A DNA stretch of 64,000 nt from NCBI RefSeq assembly GCF_009914755.1, contig NC_060947.1; one strand, written 5' to 3'. The DNA comes from the human T2T-CHM13v2.0 reference genome, Homo sapiens. The position numbers and the translations under genes are program-made. The notes beneath the pieces were generated by a model that saw nothing but the letters and a program-made list of their open reading frames with translations, was not told the origin of the DNA and did not search any database. Shown here one piece after another: positions 27,998-42,832 of the stretch (position 1 is the stretch's first letter; every line of letters begins with the position of its first letter).

Positions 27998-28238
27998 AAG
28001 TGGTGGGCTGAGAGCCAGCTAATAATACTAGCTCTTGAAAGATATTGTTAGAATACCTTCCCAACTCTGCTTTCAGTGACATCACGTTGATAGCTTGAAA
28101 TCAGCCACAGTGCGAGATTTTATACCACAGAAATTGACAAACGCTAAGAAATGCTAAAAATAGAGCTTCTTCTGAACATCGACCCCCTGCAACCAACCCA
28201 GAAGAAAAGTTTGCTAAACACATACCAGAATACCACTG
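27998..28238 (+). mobile_element. MER63-like hAT-Blackjack DNA transposon
   Basis: TIRs AGTGGTGGGCTG / CCAGAATACCACTG; 8-bp TSD AATTTACC / AATTCACC. Confidence 0.75.
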
Positions 28239-28400
28239 AATTCACCAGTGAAGCCATCTGGATTGGGAGTTTTCTATGTATGGAGATCTTTTTAAGTATT
28301 ATTATTATTGATACATGTTTTGTTTATTATGTAATTCACTATTTTAAAGTGTACATTTCAATAATTTGTAGTAAATTTACCAAGTTGTACAATCTTCACC

Positions 28401-28862
28401 TGCTATGGTTCAGAATTGGTTTTTTGTCCCCACCAAAACTCAGCTTGAAATGCAATCCCCAATGTGATGGTGTTGGCAAGTGGAGCATAATGCGAAGTGA
28501 TTGGATCACAGGGGCTCCACCTTCATGGGTGGCTTGGTGCCATTCTTCCAGTAGTGAGTGAGTTCTTGCTCTGGTGACACTGGACTAGTCCCTGTGGCAA
28601 TAGATTAGTTCGCATAAGAGTGGGTTGTTGTAAAGCCAGGATGCCCCTTGGGTTTTAGCTCTTCACGTTTGTCCACTTCCCCTTTGATCTTCTCCAACAT
28701 GATGTGATGTAGCATAAAAGCCCTCATCAGAAGCCAAGCAGATGCCAGCACTGTGCTTCCTGAATTTTCCAGCCTGTGAAACCATGAGCTAAATAAGCCT
28801 CTTTTCTATATAAATTACCCAATCTCAGGTATTGTTATAGCAACACAAAATGGACCAAGACA
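28401..28862 (+). mobile_element. MST (MaLR) solo LTR
   Basis: TGCTATGGTT...CCCCACCAAAACTCA...ATAGCAACACAAAATGGACCAAGACA; 5-bp TSD TCACC. Confidence 0.85.
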
Positions 28863-29723
28863 TCACCATAAATCAGTTTTAGAATATTTTCATCACTCCA
28901 ATATGATTCCACATGCATATTTTCTGTTAGCCCCCATTCTCCTTGTCCCCAGCCAGGAAATAACTAACTTCCTGTCTTTCTAAATTTGCCTTTTATGGGT
29001 ATTTCACATATATGGAATTATACAATATATGGTCCCATGTCTAGCTTCTTTCAGATAGTATATTGTTTTCAAGGTTCATTCATGTTGTAGCATATATCAG
29101 TACTTTATTCATTTCCATTGCTGAATAATATTCTATTATATGAATTGACCACATTACATTTATCCATTTCAACAACTGGTGGACCTTTGGGAGGTTTCCA
29201 ATTTGGGGCTATTATAAATAATGCTGCTCTTTTCATTCCTGCACAAGTTTTATGAGGACATATGTTTTTATTTTTCTGGGATATGTAACTAGGAGTTAAA
29301 TTTTTGAGTCATAGAGTAACTCAATGTGTAACTTTCTGAGAAACTGCCAAAGAGTTTCCAAGTCTGCACAATTTTACAATCCCAACTACAACACATGAAG
29401 CTTCAATTTTCTCCACATCCTGTACAACACATTTAGTGTTTATCATATTTATTTTAGCCATTGTCGTAAGTTTGAAGTAGTATCTTATGATATTAATTGG
29501 CATTTCCTAATGACTAATAATGTTGAGCTGCTTTTCATGTGCTTATTGGCCATTTATATATCTTCTTTGAAGAAATATCCATTCAAATTATTTGCCCATT
29601 TTTTTCATTGTGTTATTGGTCTCTTTATTGTTGGACTACAAAAGTTCTTCTTATATTCTGACAGAAGCACCATATCAGATACAAACTTAGAAAATATTTT
29701 CTCAGTTTGTGAGCTGTCTTTTC

Positions 29724-30039
29724 TTTTTTTTTTTTAAATTTTTTTTTTATTATACTTTAAGTTTTAGGGTACATGTGCACATTGTGCAGGTTAGTTACAT
29801 ATGTATACATGTGCCATGTTGGTGCGCTGCACCCACTAACTCGTCATCTAGCATTAGGTATATCTCCCAATGCTATCCCTCCCCCCTCCCCCCACCCCAC
29901 CACAGTCCCCAGAGTGTGATATTCCCCTTCCTGTATCCATGTGATCTCATTGTTCAATTCCCACCTATGAGTGAGAATATGTGGTGTTTGGTTTTTTGTT
30001 CTTGATGAAATTGGAAATCATCATTCTCAGTAAACTATC
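29724..30039 (-). mobile_element. Short young L1 (L1PA2-like) with 5' inversion
   Basis: Poly-T, 3' UTR nearly identical to L1HS but with the GAG diagnostic; 30005-30039 is the adjacent L1 sequence in the opposite orientation. Confidence 0.88.
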
Positions 30040-30707
30040 TTTTCATTTTTTGATGGTGTAATTTAACAATCAAAAGTTTTAATTTTGATGAAGTCCAATT
30101 TATCTTTTTTCTTTAGTGAGGCTTCTGGTGTCATATCTAAAAAGCCTTTGCCTCACCCACAGTCATGAAGATTTATTCCTACGTAAATTTTTTGTGAGTT
30201 ATCTTTTCACTTTCTTGGTGGTGTAATTTAGCCAACAAAAGTTTTTAATTTTGATGAAGTCCAATTTATCCATTTTCTTTGATTATGCTTCTGGGGTCAT
30301 ATCTAAGAAGGCATTGCCTCACTCCCAGTCGTGAAGATTTACTCATAGGTTTTATTCTAAGGATGTTATGGTTTTAGCTGTTATGTTCATGTCTGTGATT
30401 CAGTTTTAGTTAATTCGTATATGCTGTCAGGTACAGTTCTAAATCTATTGTTTTACATGCAGATACCCAGTTGTGCCAACACTACTTGTTGAAAAGACCA
30501 CCCTTTTCTCCCATTGAATTGTCCTGGCACTCCTATTAACAATTCAGTGACTACAAATGTAAGGGTTGAGAACATTTTCTTTTATTCCTAGTTTCTTGAG
30601 GGCTTTTATCAAAAAAGGCTGTTGGAGTTTTCAAATGCTTTTTCTTGGTCTATTGAGTTCATGTGCATTTTTTGTATTTTATTCTATTTACATGGTGTAT
30701 TACATTA

Positions 30708-31943
30708 CAGTCATGTGCTGCGTAACAATGTTTTGTTCAATGTCAGACTACAGATATTACAATGTTTCCATAAGATTATAATGGAGCTAAAATATTTCCT
30801 ATTACCTAGTATGTCATACCCGTCAAACTAGGATGTCATACCCATCATAACTTTGTAGAAAAATGCATTGTTCATGTGTTTGTGTTGATGCTGGTGCAAA
30901 TAAACCTACTGTACTGCTAGTCAGTATAAAAGTATAGCACATACAATTAGGTACAGTACTTAGTACTTGATAATTACAATAAATATATGTCATTGGTTTA
31001 CATATTTACTGTACTATACTTTTTATTGTTTAGAGTATACTCCTTCTACTTAAAAAAATAGGTAACTGTAAAACAGCCTCAGACAGGTCCTTCAGGAGGT
31101 ATTCCAGAAGAAAGTATCATTATCATAAGACATGACAGATCCATGTGTATTGCTCCTGAAGACTTTCCAGTGGTACAAGATGTACAGGTAAAAGACGATC
31201 ATATTGATGAGTCTGACCCTGTGTAGGCCTAGGCTAATGTGTGTGTTTACGTCTTAGTTTCTAAAAGAAAAGTTTAAAAACTTTTTAAAAAATCTTAAAC
31301 ATAGAAAAAAAGCTTATAGAATAAGGCTATAAAGAAAGAAAATATTTTTGTACAACTGTAAAATATGTCTGTGTTTTAAGCTAAGTGTCATTACAAAAGA
31401 GTCAAAATTTTTAAAAATTGAAAGCTCATAAAGTAAAAAATGTTATGATAAGCTAAGGTTAAATTATCATTGAAGAAAGACAAATATTTTTAAATATACT
31501 TAGTGTAGCCTAAGTATACAGTGTTTATAAAGTTTACAATAATGTACAGTAATGACCTAGGACTTCACATTCATTCACCACTCACTTACTGACTCACCCA
31601 GAGCAACTTCTAGTCCTGCAAGCTCCATTCATGGCAAGTTCCTTATATAGGTGTACCATTTTTTATCTTTAAGATAATATTTTTACTGTATCTTTTCTAG
31701 GTTTAGACATGTTTAAATACACAAATACTTACCATTGTGTTTTAATTGCCTACAGCATTCAGTACAGTAACATGCTATACTGGTTTGTAGCCTAGGAACA
31801 ATAGGCTATACCATATAGCCTAGGTGTGTAGTAGGCTATACCATTTAGGTTTGTGTAAGTACAGTGTAGGATGTTGGCACAACAAAATCGCCTAATGATG
31901 TGTTTCTCAGAACATATCCCTGCTGTTAAGTGATGTGTGACTG
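30708..31943 (+). mobile_element. Tigger3b-like TcMar-Tigger element
   Basis: TIRs CAGTCATGTGCTGCGTAAC / GTTAAGTGATGTGTGACTG, TA TSDs, about 1.24 kb. Confidence 0.85.
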
Positions 31944-31944
31944 T

Positions 31945-33900
31945 AATTGATATTCATGTGTTAAACAAACCTTGCATTCCTGGGATAAATCTAATTTAGT
32001 CATGATATGAAATCCTTTTCATGTGTTGGGTTAGGTTTGCTAGCATTTTGTTAAGCATTTCTTTCATCTGTCTTCTTAAGAGACATTAATCTGTACTTTT
32101 CCTTATGTGTGATATCTTTGTCTGGTTTTGGTATTAGGATAATCCTGGCCTCACAGAATGACTTGGGAAATATTCCTTCCTCTTGTATTTTTTGAGAGAT
32201 TTTGTGAAGAATTTGTATTATTTTGTTTTTTAAATATTGGACAGAGTTCACAGGAAGCCATCAAGGGCTGGGTTATTTTTAAAGGGATTTAAAAATTACT
32301 AATTCAGTCACTTTAATTATTACAAGTATTCTCAGATTTTCTATTTATTATTGAGTAGTTTTTAGTATTTTGTGTCTTTCTAGGAAATTTCTCATTTGCT
32401 CTAGGATAACCAATTTATTGACATAAATTGTTTATAGAATTTCTTTGTAATTATTTTTATTTCTGTAGGGTTTTTTTTTATTAGTAGTGCCCCCTTTCTT
32501 ATTCATGATTTTAGTGGTTTGAATTTAATATCTCTTTTTCTTGGTCAGTATACCTAAAGCTTTGTCAATTTTGTTGATCTTTTCAAAGAACTAAATTTTG
32601 ATTCATTGATTATCTCTTTTTCTTCTATTCTCTATTTGTTTATGCCCATTCGAATCTTTATTTCCTTTCTGCTTGCTTTATGTTTAGTTTGTTCTTGTTT
32701 TCCCACTGAATTTCACAAATTCAATTATAACTGTTATAACAATGACAAGAGAAAACGTAAATACTAAGAAGACAAACAAGCTAATTTTTGAAATGGGCTA
32801 AATATTTGAATTGGCGTTTATCCAAAGAAGATATATGAATGGCTGATAAGCACAGGATATAACTTCTAACATCATTAGTCATTAGGTATATGACAACCCA
32901 AACCGCAATGAGATAGTAATTTACAACCACTAGATTGGGTATAATAAAAAAATAGCCAATAACAAGTGTTGGTGAGGATGTGAAGAAAATGAAAGTTTCA
33001 TACATCACAGATAAGACTGTAAAATTATGCAGAAATATTGGAAATTCTTTGGCAGTTTCTCAAATAGTTAAACATTGAGTTATCCTATGACTCAGAAATT
33101 CAACTTTTAGTTACATATCTCAGAGAAATAAGAACATATGTCCACATAAAAACCTGTACAGGAATGAAAATAGCAGCATTATTTATAATAGTCCAATATT
33201 GGAAACCTCTCAAAGGTTCACCAACTGATGAATGGCTAAATGAAATGTGGTCAATTCATATGATGGAATATTATTCAGCAATGAAAAAGAGTAAAGTACT
33301 GATGTATGATAAAACATGGATGAACCTTGTAAACAATATACTAAGTGAGAGAATCCAATTACAAAATACCAAATATTGTATAATTCAGTTTATATGAAAT
33401 GTCCAGTATTCTGGGTAAACTCATACAGTGTTGTAATTACTGTGGGGCTAGGAATGGGAGAGGGAAGGGACTTCAAATGTATTACAAGGCTTTGTTTTGG
33501 AGTGATAAAATATTTTTGACATTAGATAGTGGTCATGTTTGCACAACTATGTGAATATAGTAAAAATCACAGCATTGTACAACTAAGATAATTAATTTTA
33601 GGATACGTAAATTATGTCTTAAAAAGAGGAGAGAGATCAAGAGATGAAGAGAGATGGGACATGGTGAAAAGGGCTATGAGATGTGTAATTGCAGTTCCAG
33701 AAGGAGAGAAGCCGAAGAATGGATAAAATAAATATTGAACACGAAAATAGCAAAGAATATTGTAAAAATAATAAAAGATATAAAGCCATACATCAAGTCG
33801 TGCTACAAATCCCAAGCAGAATGCATGTAAAGAAATCACACATAGGTGCATTACAATGGAATTACTGAAAAAGGAAAATATTAAAAAACCAAGTCCACAG
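31945..33900. mobile_element. Old L1M fragments (ORF2 on minus to about 32700; 3' end and ORF1-like piece on plus)
   Basis: ORF 32051-32251 EGIFPKSFCEARIILIPKPDKD; ORF 33164-33397 AALFII...WLNEMWSIH. Confidence 0.7.
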
Positions 33901-35841
33901 AAGATATTTAAATGGAATTTACAACAGGAAATTGGTTAAAATAGGTGTTCAGAGTGCCAGAAATAACTACCAATCCAAGGCCTGGGAAAGCAATTAGGAT
34001 ATTTGGGTAAGACTTGGACCCAGACCTCTGATAAAATGGGCTGCCCAATTAGAGATGGCACTGAAACAGCTTGGAGAAAGAGCCCCTACCGAATTGGAAC
34101 ATTTACATTTAAATCAGGGGAGTTGCTTAACTGGTACTGAAGTCTCAGGTTCTTGAAGGAGGAGTCCTTCTGAAGTGAAAGCCACCATAATAACAATAGT
34201 TCTTCATATTTAGAGAGAAACTATGAAATTGGCCCTCCTGTTCCTACTAAATCCACATGGCCCTGCCCAGGTAGATGTCTTTTGTGAGGGTGACAAAAAG
34301 AAACAGGAAGCAGAGAGAAGAAGAAGCAACTTTGTTCTCCCTCCTTCAGACTTCCTGTCTCCCTTTGTTGTCCTAGTCAGTCTAACAGGAAGTAAAGGAG
34401 AAAAAGGGTTGGTAGAACCTCTGCCTCAGAATACTGTCAAAGGAAAATGAAAACTTGGGACCCTAATTTCACTGTGCCAAAAGAAAAGAATTAAGCTAAA
34501 AGCTGAGTCATGCAAGAAGCCGCCTTTCCTTTTGTTCCTAAGCAGATAGCTACAAATAAAAAGTTAAATATCTCCACAGGTAGCTACTCTGTGTTCACCT
34601 TATTTTATGTAAAATGCCAATTTACTGAGCATGAGACCAGAACATAATTGACTCCTTCCTTACTTGCTCCTTTTCTCTTGCAGCATGTGGATTCAGTAAT
34701 GTGACCGTACTCTCCCTTTTTCCCCTCCAGCCTGCTTTTCCCCTTTAAACACTGAAGCCCTGAGAATCATCTTTGGGGAAAGGCACAGACCTGTCTCCCA
34801 GGTGCATGTCCTTAACCTTGGCAAAATAAACTTCTAAATTGATTAAGATCTGTCTCAGATACTTTACGGTTTACAAATTGGTAACCACAAAGGGAGGGAT
34901 TCTGAGTGGAAGTGCTTCTGACCTGACAGCTTGGGCTTGACCTCTAGACAGCTTGAGCTGTCTTTATTGCTCAAACCAATAGGATGATTTGCTGAGGCCT
35001 GGGAGCTCCCCACTCCAGAGAATCCCTGATATCCCAAAATTTGGCTGAGATCTAGGTTTATTTTGCTGTACATCTCCTTTTCTAGAGTTTTACTCACTTC
35101 CAACAGGGAAGGCAAGTTTGAGTATTTTCCTTCTTCTAGGATGGTACAAAGAAATCTTTAGCCTGGGCCCCAGTTCCTAGGTAAGTATCTAAATTGGGGT
35201 TTTGTCTTGGAAATTCTTTTTAATGACTAAAGTTAAGATTAACAACCGGCTGGTCTTAATTTCTCCTTACCATTAGAGTGCTGAGTAATTATATAAAATG
35301 TGTAGCTGTTTGTTTTGCTTAACTGGCTTTTTTTTTTTTTTTTTTTTTGCTTATTTGTTTGTTTCTGTTTTTGTTACTGTTTCAGTCTTTCTCCCATTGG
35401 GTTTTGACCAATTCTACCTGACTTGATCAAATCTAAAGTTCAAAATTATGGGGAACAAGGACTCTGAATTGGCTAAATTCCTGTAACTGGAAAAAAAAAA
35501 AAAAGGAAAAAGATAAAATGACAAGAAAAAGGAAAAAAAAAAAACTTTTGACTACCCTGAGGGGTTTTATTTACATAGCTTGGCACTTTTTGCCAGCCAA
35601 GCCAAAATGAAAGAGCAATGGTTGTCATCCACCCTGTAGTTCAGTAGCTAAGGTTCTGCCCCCTTTTTTGTTCACCACAATAGCCTGGGTTTTATTGCTA
35701 AATCAAGTCCCTTCCAGTTTAATATTTGTGTTACTTTTGAAATAGCAATTTGTCCCAGCTAAAATATGGTGAGATTTAAAAGGATTTTTTTCAGAGCTCA
35801 ATGGTTAAAAGTCAGCTTTATTAAAAGCTAATATCCAAGGG

Positions 35842-35842
<1 letters not shown>

Positions 35843-35866
<24 letters not shown>
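35843..35866. repeat. (GT)n microsatellite
   Basis: About 12 GT units. Confidence 0.9.
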
Positions 35867-35874
<8 letters not shown>

Positions 35875-37558
35875 AGGTCTTTATGGTTTTTTTTTTCTCT
35901 CACAGGATCTTGATTTCTGAGAACAAGATTTCTTTCTTTTCCATCAACTGAATTTAGTTTTCTCCATTTACTTTTGCCTGTTTCTCCTTTCTCTTGCCAC
36001 CCTCTGCTGCATAAGAGACCTAAAATAATTTCTAACAGACCGAGATTCCTTATAGAAAACAGAGAAGGCACCAGGCTCCCTTTTTGGTGAGAAACTTCTG
36101 TTTCTCCTTACGGAACCCCAAGAGTGTAGAGACAAGTTCCTCTCAGATCTTAAACTGCTTACTTGTGTATTGTGTTACCTGATTTTTTTTTAACTGAAAT
36201 AGCTATTAGAACAAACACTACTCGAGTGTGTAAGATAAAAAAGGGTGTGGTTTAGATACTTAGAGAAATATGTTTGTAACTAAGTGCATTGTAAAAGTAT
36301 TATGTGGCCAAGTCCCATGACATTTTTTTCTTTTTGGAGACACAGGATTCAGTGTAGGCTCTGCCCAGAGCTCAGAAATTCAGTTAAAAGATAGCTACTA
36401 AATTTAAAACTACCTGTCTGAATAAAATTGACCTCCTTATAAAATCCTGTGATAGATTTCTATAACTTTATGTTTGACATGGCATGCATTTTTAATCACC
36501 CTCTCTCATACCAGACTCTCTCTCTCTCTCTCTCTTAATCCCTCTCTGTCTCTATCTTAATCTCTCTCTCTCTGTCTCTATCTCTCTCTCCTGGCCACTT
36601 TGAGATGTAAATTTCCCTATCTGATTTTCACCTGAGTTGTTCCTTTGATATACAATTTTAGGGCTATGTAGCTGACACTTGCCTAGGGTAATGAAACAGG
36701 TTATCAAGAAATCGGAAGTCTAAAATAGGGAAAAAAGAGGTCTTATGAATCTATAAGATCTACTATCTGTGTGTCTAATACATCTATGAATTTATGTGTC
36801 AAGTATATAACGTTTCACTATCAAAAGTATATAAAAGAGCTCTAACTGATTGGCTTGAAGGAAAATAAAGTGCTTAAATAAAATACTTTATCATAAAAAT
36901 AGAAACTTTAAGCTCGAGCGTGTATTCAAGTTCACGAGTTAAGTAAACCCTTAATAAATAAGCTGGTTTTAAAATTATTAGTAAAATAAAATTAGAAATG
37001 TCTTCAGAATCGTCAACATACATTTTGTTTAAATTTATTGGTCAAGCGGTTTAATATTTATCTCTGCTAGGTATTATAAGGTGTCAAAATTTGGCATGAG
37101 GGTTATAATGCTTGCAACTCCCAAAAGAATTACCTTTGGTTGTGTAATTTTTTGATAAATAAGGCATTTAATATTGTGCATTTAACAAAAACAGCTAAAT
37201 CCTGGGTTGTTGGCCAAAAAAAAGAACATTTATTTAACCATAAGGTTCTTACTTAGGTAAACACCTGAAATTCACAGGCTATAAAAATGGTTAACAGGGA
37301 AGTAATTTTAAATGATGACTATCACAGTTTTCACAAGTAATCTAGGTAAGCTATTTAAAAAATTAATTAGGGCAATGGAAGAAATGGTTGTAAATAAAAG
37401 TACTATATAAGTTAGAATCAAAAGTCATATAAAATTAAATAATAGATATCCATTAAATGTCTGGGTTATTTCCAATTTATCTTTAAAGATTTTGTTATAG
37501 GAAAACATTTTTCTAAAAAAAGTTTATATTTAAGGAAAAATAATTTTTGTCTAATTCA

Positions 37559-38033
<475 letters not shown>

Positions 38034-41000
38034 TCAAGTACTCTTTTCATTAGTTTTAACCTACAGATTATCTAAATAAACTCCCGCTAGGGAAAAGCAG
38101 TCACACTGCAGAAGGTCTTTTCTTTTGACTTTTGGTAACTGGCCTAACAAACAGACTTTAAGTTTTATTGAAATAATTCCTGTGCCATTGTTATTAAGTT
38201 TTGATTTACATAGAAAAACTGAGATTACTTTTTAAAATTAAGGTTATTACATCTATATAACTTTCTGCATTGCTTTCAAAGTCCTTGTGCCATTAAGTTG
38301 CAGGGCTTTGACTCCCGGGTCTAAAAGGGACACCAAGTCCTGCTAAATCATAAACATTGACAGCAGTTAAAGCCTCGTCTTCAGACCTGGTAGAAGATGA
38401 CAATCAAAATAAACTGAATTCGTGAGACACAGGGCCAGAAATTAAAATTATTCCAACTCCTCTAAGCCCAGGGACTATCGTGTGAGATTGTAAGAGCCGA
38501 TTTTGAGAGATACATTTAGTTCAGTTTCTCTATGAGTTAACCATTAATATCAAAGGCACACTGATCCAAGACCAGTGTCTGGGCCCCTATGTCAAATTAA
38601 CAAGCTTTTCTTGGAGCATTAACCTAGTCTTTAATAAAAAAAAATTATAAGATTATGAAAAGGTTTAGGAAAATTATGTCTTGTGGTCAGGATAAATAAA
38701 ATGTAATAGATTTGTTAATAAGATTTGAGAGACAGATTTAATTGACCTCATGCTGTCTTTATTGGGGCTTATTATTTGGGAGGTTAAGTCTCCTCTCTCA
38801 AAGAATGAAGGTTTTTTTGCCTTTAAAAAAAATCTTTGAGTTATCACTTTGGCTAAATAAATGACTTAGTTTACAATTAACTGTGAGCCTATTTTATGAT
38901 ATCAAGTGTTTTAAGCTTTTTATATTTGAGAAACTTTCTCAAATAAAATTGTAAATTCAGTCCTCATTAGTTGTTTGATGTTAGGTCCCCTGAAGTCCAA
39001 AAGAGACATATTCAACTTATTTGGTATAATAAAATCATATAGGAAGTATTGTCAAATATGGAATGGTGTTTAACCTTCTTTGGATTATATTTATAAAAGG
39101 CATTATTATATGCATTCCAAAATTGTATGAGAGTCCTGTGATTCTGATATGTCTTAGTATATGTTATCAGTAGTAATTATTATTATGTAAAATTGTTGTA
39201 TGCCACAGAAGTAACCAAATTTCCTCGTTAATTGTGTCTTTAACCATGGCTATTCTAAGACTTTTGTCATCCACAATTGTTATTTTACTTTGACTCTTTT
39301 ATAGAGCAATTTATAATCAGCAATAGAACTCTGAGGAGTACTCTTAAATATAGGCTTTGATAACTTTAGAGATTGTGCCAGTGGAATAGAAATAAAAATT
39401 TCCAGGGCTCTCATGGAGAGCTGATGTATTCATGAGGATTGCTGACCCAATATCAGGCAAAACAAGAGTTAATAGCATGGACTGAACTAATAAAAGAAAA
39501 ATAAACTTTCTATAATTTGTTTTGCTTAAAATGTTGATTCTTTTTGTTTTGTTTTTCAGAGTCAAATTTTTTTTTCTTTTGATCTATTTACAGCTTTTAG
39601 TAATGGAGTAAAGTTTACTCCTCTGAGGAAAACTTGGGGCAAATTTCTTTCTACCTGATTTCTCCAGGATTTGGAAAATATTTGTGAGTATTCTTAAATT
39701 ATGGCAATATAGTTATTTGTGTAAGTGCAATGAGAATCTGTTTTTCTTGTATAACAGGACACCATTGAAAACACTGATTATTTTACCAAGGCTTTGACTG
39801 GAATGGCATGCTCTCAAATATAAACAGACTGCTTTAAAGAATCAAAGTTGATTTATGGAGCTAACTAAAGCCCTTTGGAAAAACTGGCCTCAGACCTTGT
39901 CTACTCAGTCCATACACAGGGTTCCTGACCTGTGGTAAGTAAAGAACATCATTTTCTGACAAGCCCAGAAACCTCAAGTTATCTCGGGACCTACAAAGGT
40001 GAGGAATTCACCCAACTCATACAAGTATTTACAGGTGCATTTAAATCCGTGGCTGGGGTCAAGGATTTAAAAGGTCTAATCTAAGATTCTTTATGGAACA
40101 AAGTGCCATCAAAGCCAATTTTTTAAAAGAGCCTATATGGCAAATAATTATTCTTGCTGCACTTTATGCAAGTAATCAGGCCAAATACAATAAAACTAAA
40201 ACTTATTTTGCAAACAAATTGTTCCTTCCATGATTTGTCTTTGGTAAAACTTGGAGACTAGAAAGAGAAAAAACATATATTTCAAAATAAACTAGAGTAA
40301 ACCTCTTACTAGATTGTAGCCTTGCCAAATGTTTTTCAATTTTTATTATCTTCTAAAATTTGGACTGAATTCTAAAATATTTTCTATGTCTTCAAAATAA
40401 TATTTTCAATTTTTTCTCTTCTTTTTTCCCAGTTTTCTAGATTTAAAATTACTAAAAATTAAGCTGTGCTTTCTTAAAGCCCTGTGAACTGAAGCTAGGC
40501 AACTTAAACTTCAGAAGAAAATAACAGCAACCTATTTATATACATGAACTACTTTCATACGTGTATACTGATGTATGAAATTCAGAGTAATATGGCCTAC
40601 ATCTGTTTTGCAGGATTGTTCTCTTGTTTTCTGTTTGTGTGTTATTTTCTTTCTCTCTTCCTCCCCCTATTTTTTCTTCATAGGTCATGTGACTTCACAA
40701 CCATCTAAAAATGAGTTTTCCTAACAATGTGGGAACTAGTCATCTAGGAATAAACTGTCCTAGCTACAAGAGATCAGACAAAACCCAAGACCAGAGACTC
40801 ATTTTCTTCTAAAATGCTTTCTCTGAAAAATTTAAAAAAAGAAAAGAGAGAGAAATGTGAAAGGAAAATAAAAAGTTGGGACTCTAATTTCACTATGCCA
40901 AAAGAAAAAAAAATTAAGCTGAAAGCTGAGTCATGCAGGAAGCCTCCTTTCCTTTTGTTCCTAAACAGATAGCTACGAGTAAAAACTTAAATATCTCTAC

Positions 41001-41429
41001 AGGTAGCTACTCTATGTTAATCTTATATAAAATGCTGACTTACTGAGCATGAGACCAATATATAATTGACTATTCCCTTTCCTGTTCCTTTTCTCTTCTA
41101 ACACGTGGATTCAGTAATGTGACCATACTCTTCCTGTTTTCCCTCTAGCTTGCTTTTCTCTTCTAAATATTGAAGCCCGCAAAATCATCTTTGGAGAAAG
41201 GCACAGACCTGTCTCCTGGGTGCATGTCCTTAACCTTGGCAAAATAAACTTCTATATTGATTGAGATCTGTCTCAGATACTTGTTGGTTTACTCTACCAA
41301 AGCAGAATATGGAATGTGGAGATGAGAGTTTCAAATATTCCTACCACCTGATTCTTCCTAAAGCATGTATATTTCAAAGAAAAACCTCAATATGTGCCTC
41401 AGATACTATGCCATTCTTTCTCTCAAGTT

Positions 41430-41956
41430 TCAGTCATAGATGCAGAACCAGTACAATAAATAAATGATAGAGACAGACAAACATAAGGAGTATTTATTAA
41501 AAAGAAATGGAATATGTGATTATGAGGGCTGGCTAAGCAAATCTGAAATTCATAGAACAAGTGGCAGGAAGGGAAGATCACATGCAGAAAAGAATTCCAT
41601 GGGCATGGGCTGACATAGTTGTTAACAGGGTATCAGGAAAGGAATATGCAGTGATGGTTGAACACTTGTAGACTCAGCTGTTCTTTGGAGTCTGACTCAG
41701 GAAATGGCTAAATCTTCTTTTAAGGCCTTCCACTGATTAAGTCAGGACTGCCAGGTGAATCTACCTTACTTGTAGTCAACTGATTAAGAGACTTTAATTG
41801 TATCTGCAAAATCCCTTCAGAGCAGCACCCACATTAGTGCTTGATTGAATAACTGGGAAAAGGTGTTTGTGGGCTACAAGACAGCCACTGCCCTCTATTC
41901 TATCACCATAGTTTATCCTAGCCAAGTTGAAGTTGATACATTAGAAAACTATCATA
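41430..41956 (-). mobile_element. MLT2E/F-like LTR
   Basis: Minus-strand start TATGATAGTTTTCTAATGTATCAACTT...CTTGGCTAGG. Confidence 0.5.
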
Positions 41957-42115
41957 CTTTTGAAACATAATAAAAATGAAACAACTGTGACATCAACAAT
42001 ATCCACTACCAAAAATGAAACCACACAAATCACATACATAATTAAGGGCTTATTATTTTATGCTAAGGGGGTCATTTACAGACTTAGATAGTGGTGTAAC
42101 TAAACCCATTATGCT

Positions 42116-42417
42116 CTTTTTTTTTTTTTTTTGAGACAAGATCTCACTCTGTTGCCCAGGCAGTAATGCAGTGGTGTGATCACAACTCATTGTAGCCTCA
42201 ACCTCCTGGGCTCAAGTGATCCTCCCACATCAGCCTCCTGAATAGCTGAGACTACAGGCATGTGCCGCCATGCCCAGCCAATTTTTTTTGTATTTTTTGT
42301 AGAAATGGGGTTTCACTATATTACCCAGGCTGGTCTTGAACTCCTGGGCTCAAGTGATCTGCTGGCCTCGGCCTTCCAGAATGCTGGGATTACAGGCATG
42401 AGCCACTGCGCCCAGCC
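42116..42417 (-). mobile_element. AluJ
   Basis: Dimeric Alu with CTCCTGGGCTCAAGTGATCC J-type features. Confidence 0.9.
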
Positions 42418-42832
42418 AAACATGTTCTTTAGAGCAGTGGTTTCTAAAATAGAATGTGGGCTAATTCAGGAAATTCACAATATGATCTGTTGGGGGGGGG
42501 GTCAACAAATAAAATAATATAACTTTCACTGATATTCATGTATATCTCATTTCTTATTCAAATTTTTGTTTCATATTGTACAATATTATTTCCTTATAAT
42601 GTATGTATAGACACAAACATATATACACAAAGTATTTATTATAAGGAATTTGAATACATGATTGATGATTGCAGGGGCTATTTTCCTATGTTATAAATAT
42701 GGATACATTATTTGCAGTTAACTTCAAGCACATTTTCCTTCACAGTGGTGGATGATTAGAATGTTTGCAAACCTCTTTTTTAAAGAACTCATTCACCATA
42801 TGGCCCTCCCACTATAGTAGTTATTTTATGAC

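Larger units (their letters stand above)
28290..30560 (-). mobile_element. Old L1M (L1MB/MC-type) 3' region hosting the MST and L1PA2 insertions
   Basis: Degenerate L1 3' motifs; minus-strand ORF2 C-terminal fragments at 29321-29503. Confidence 0.65.
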
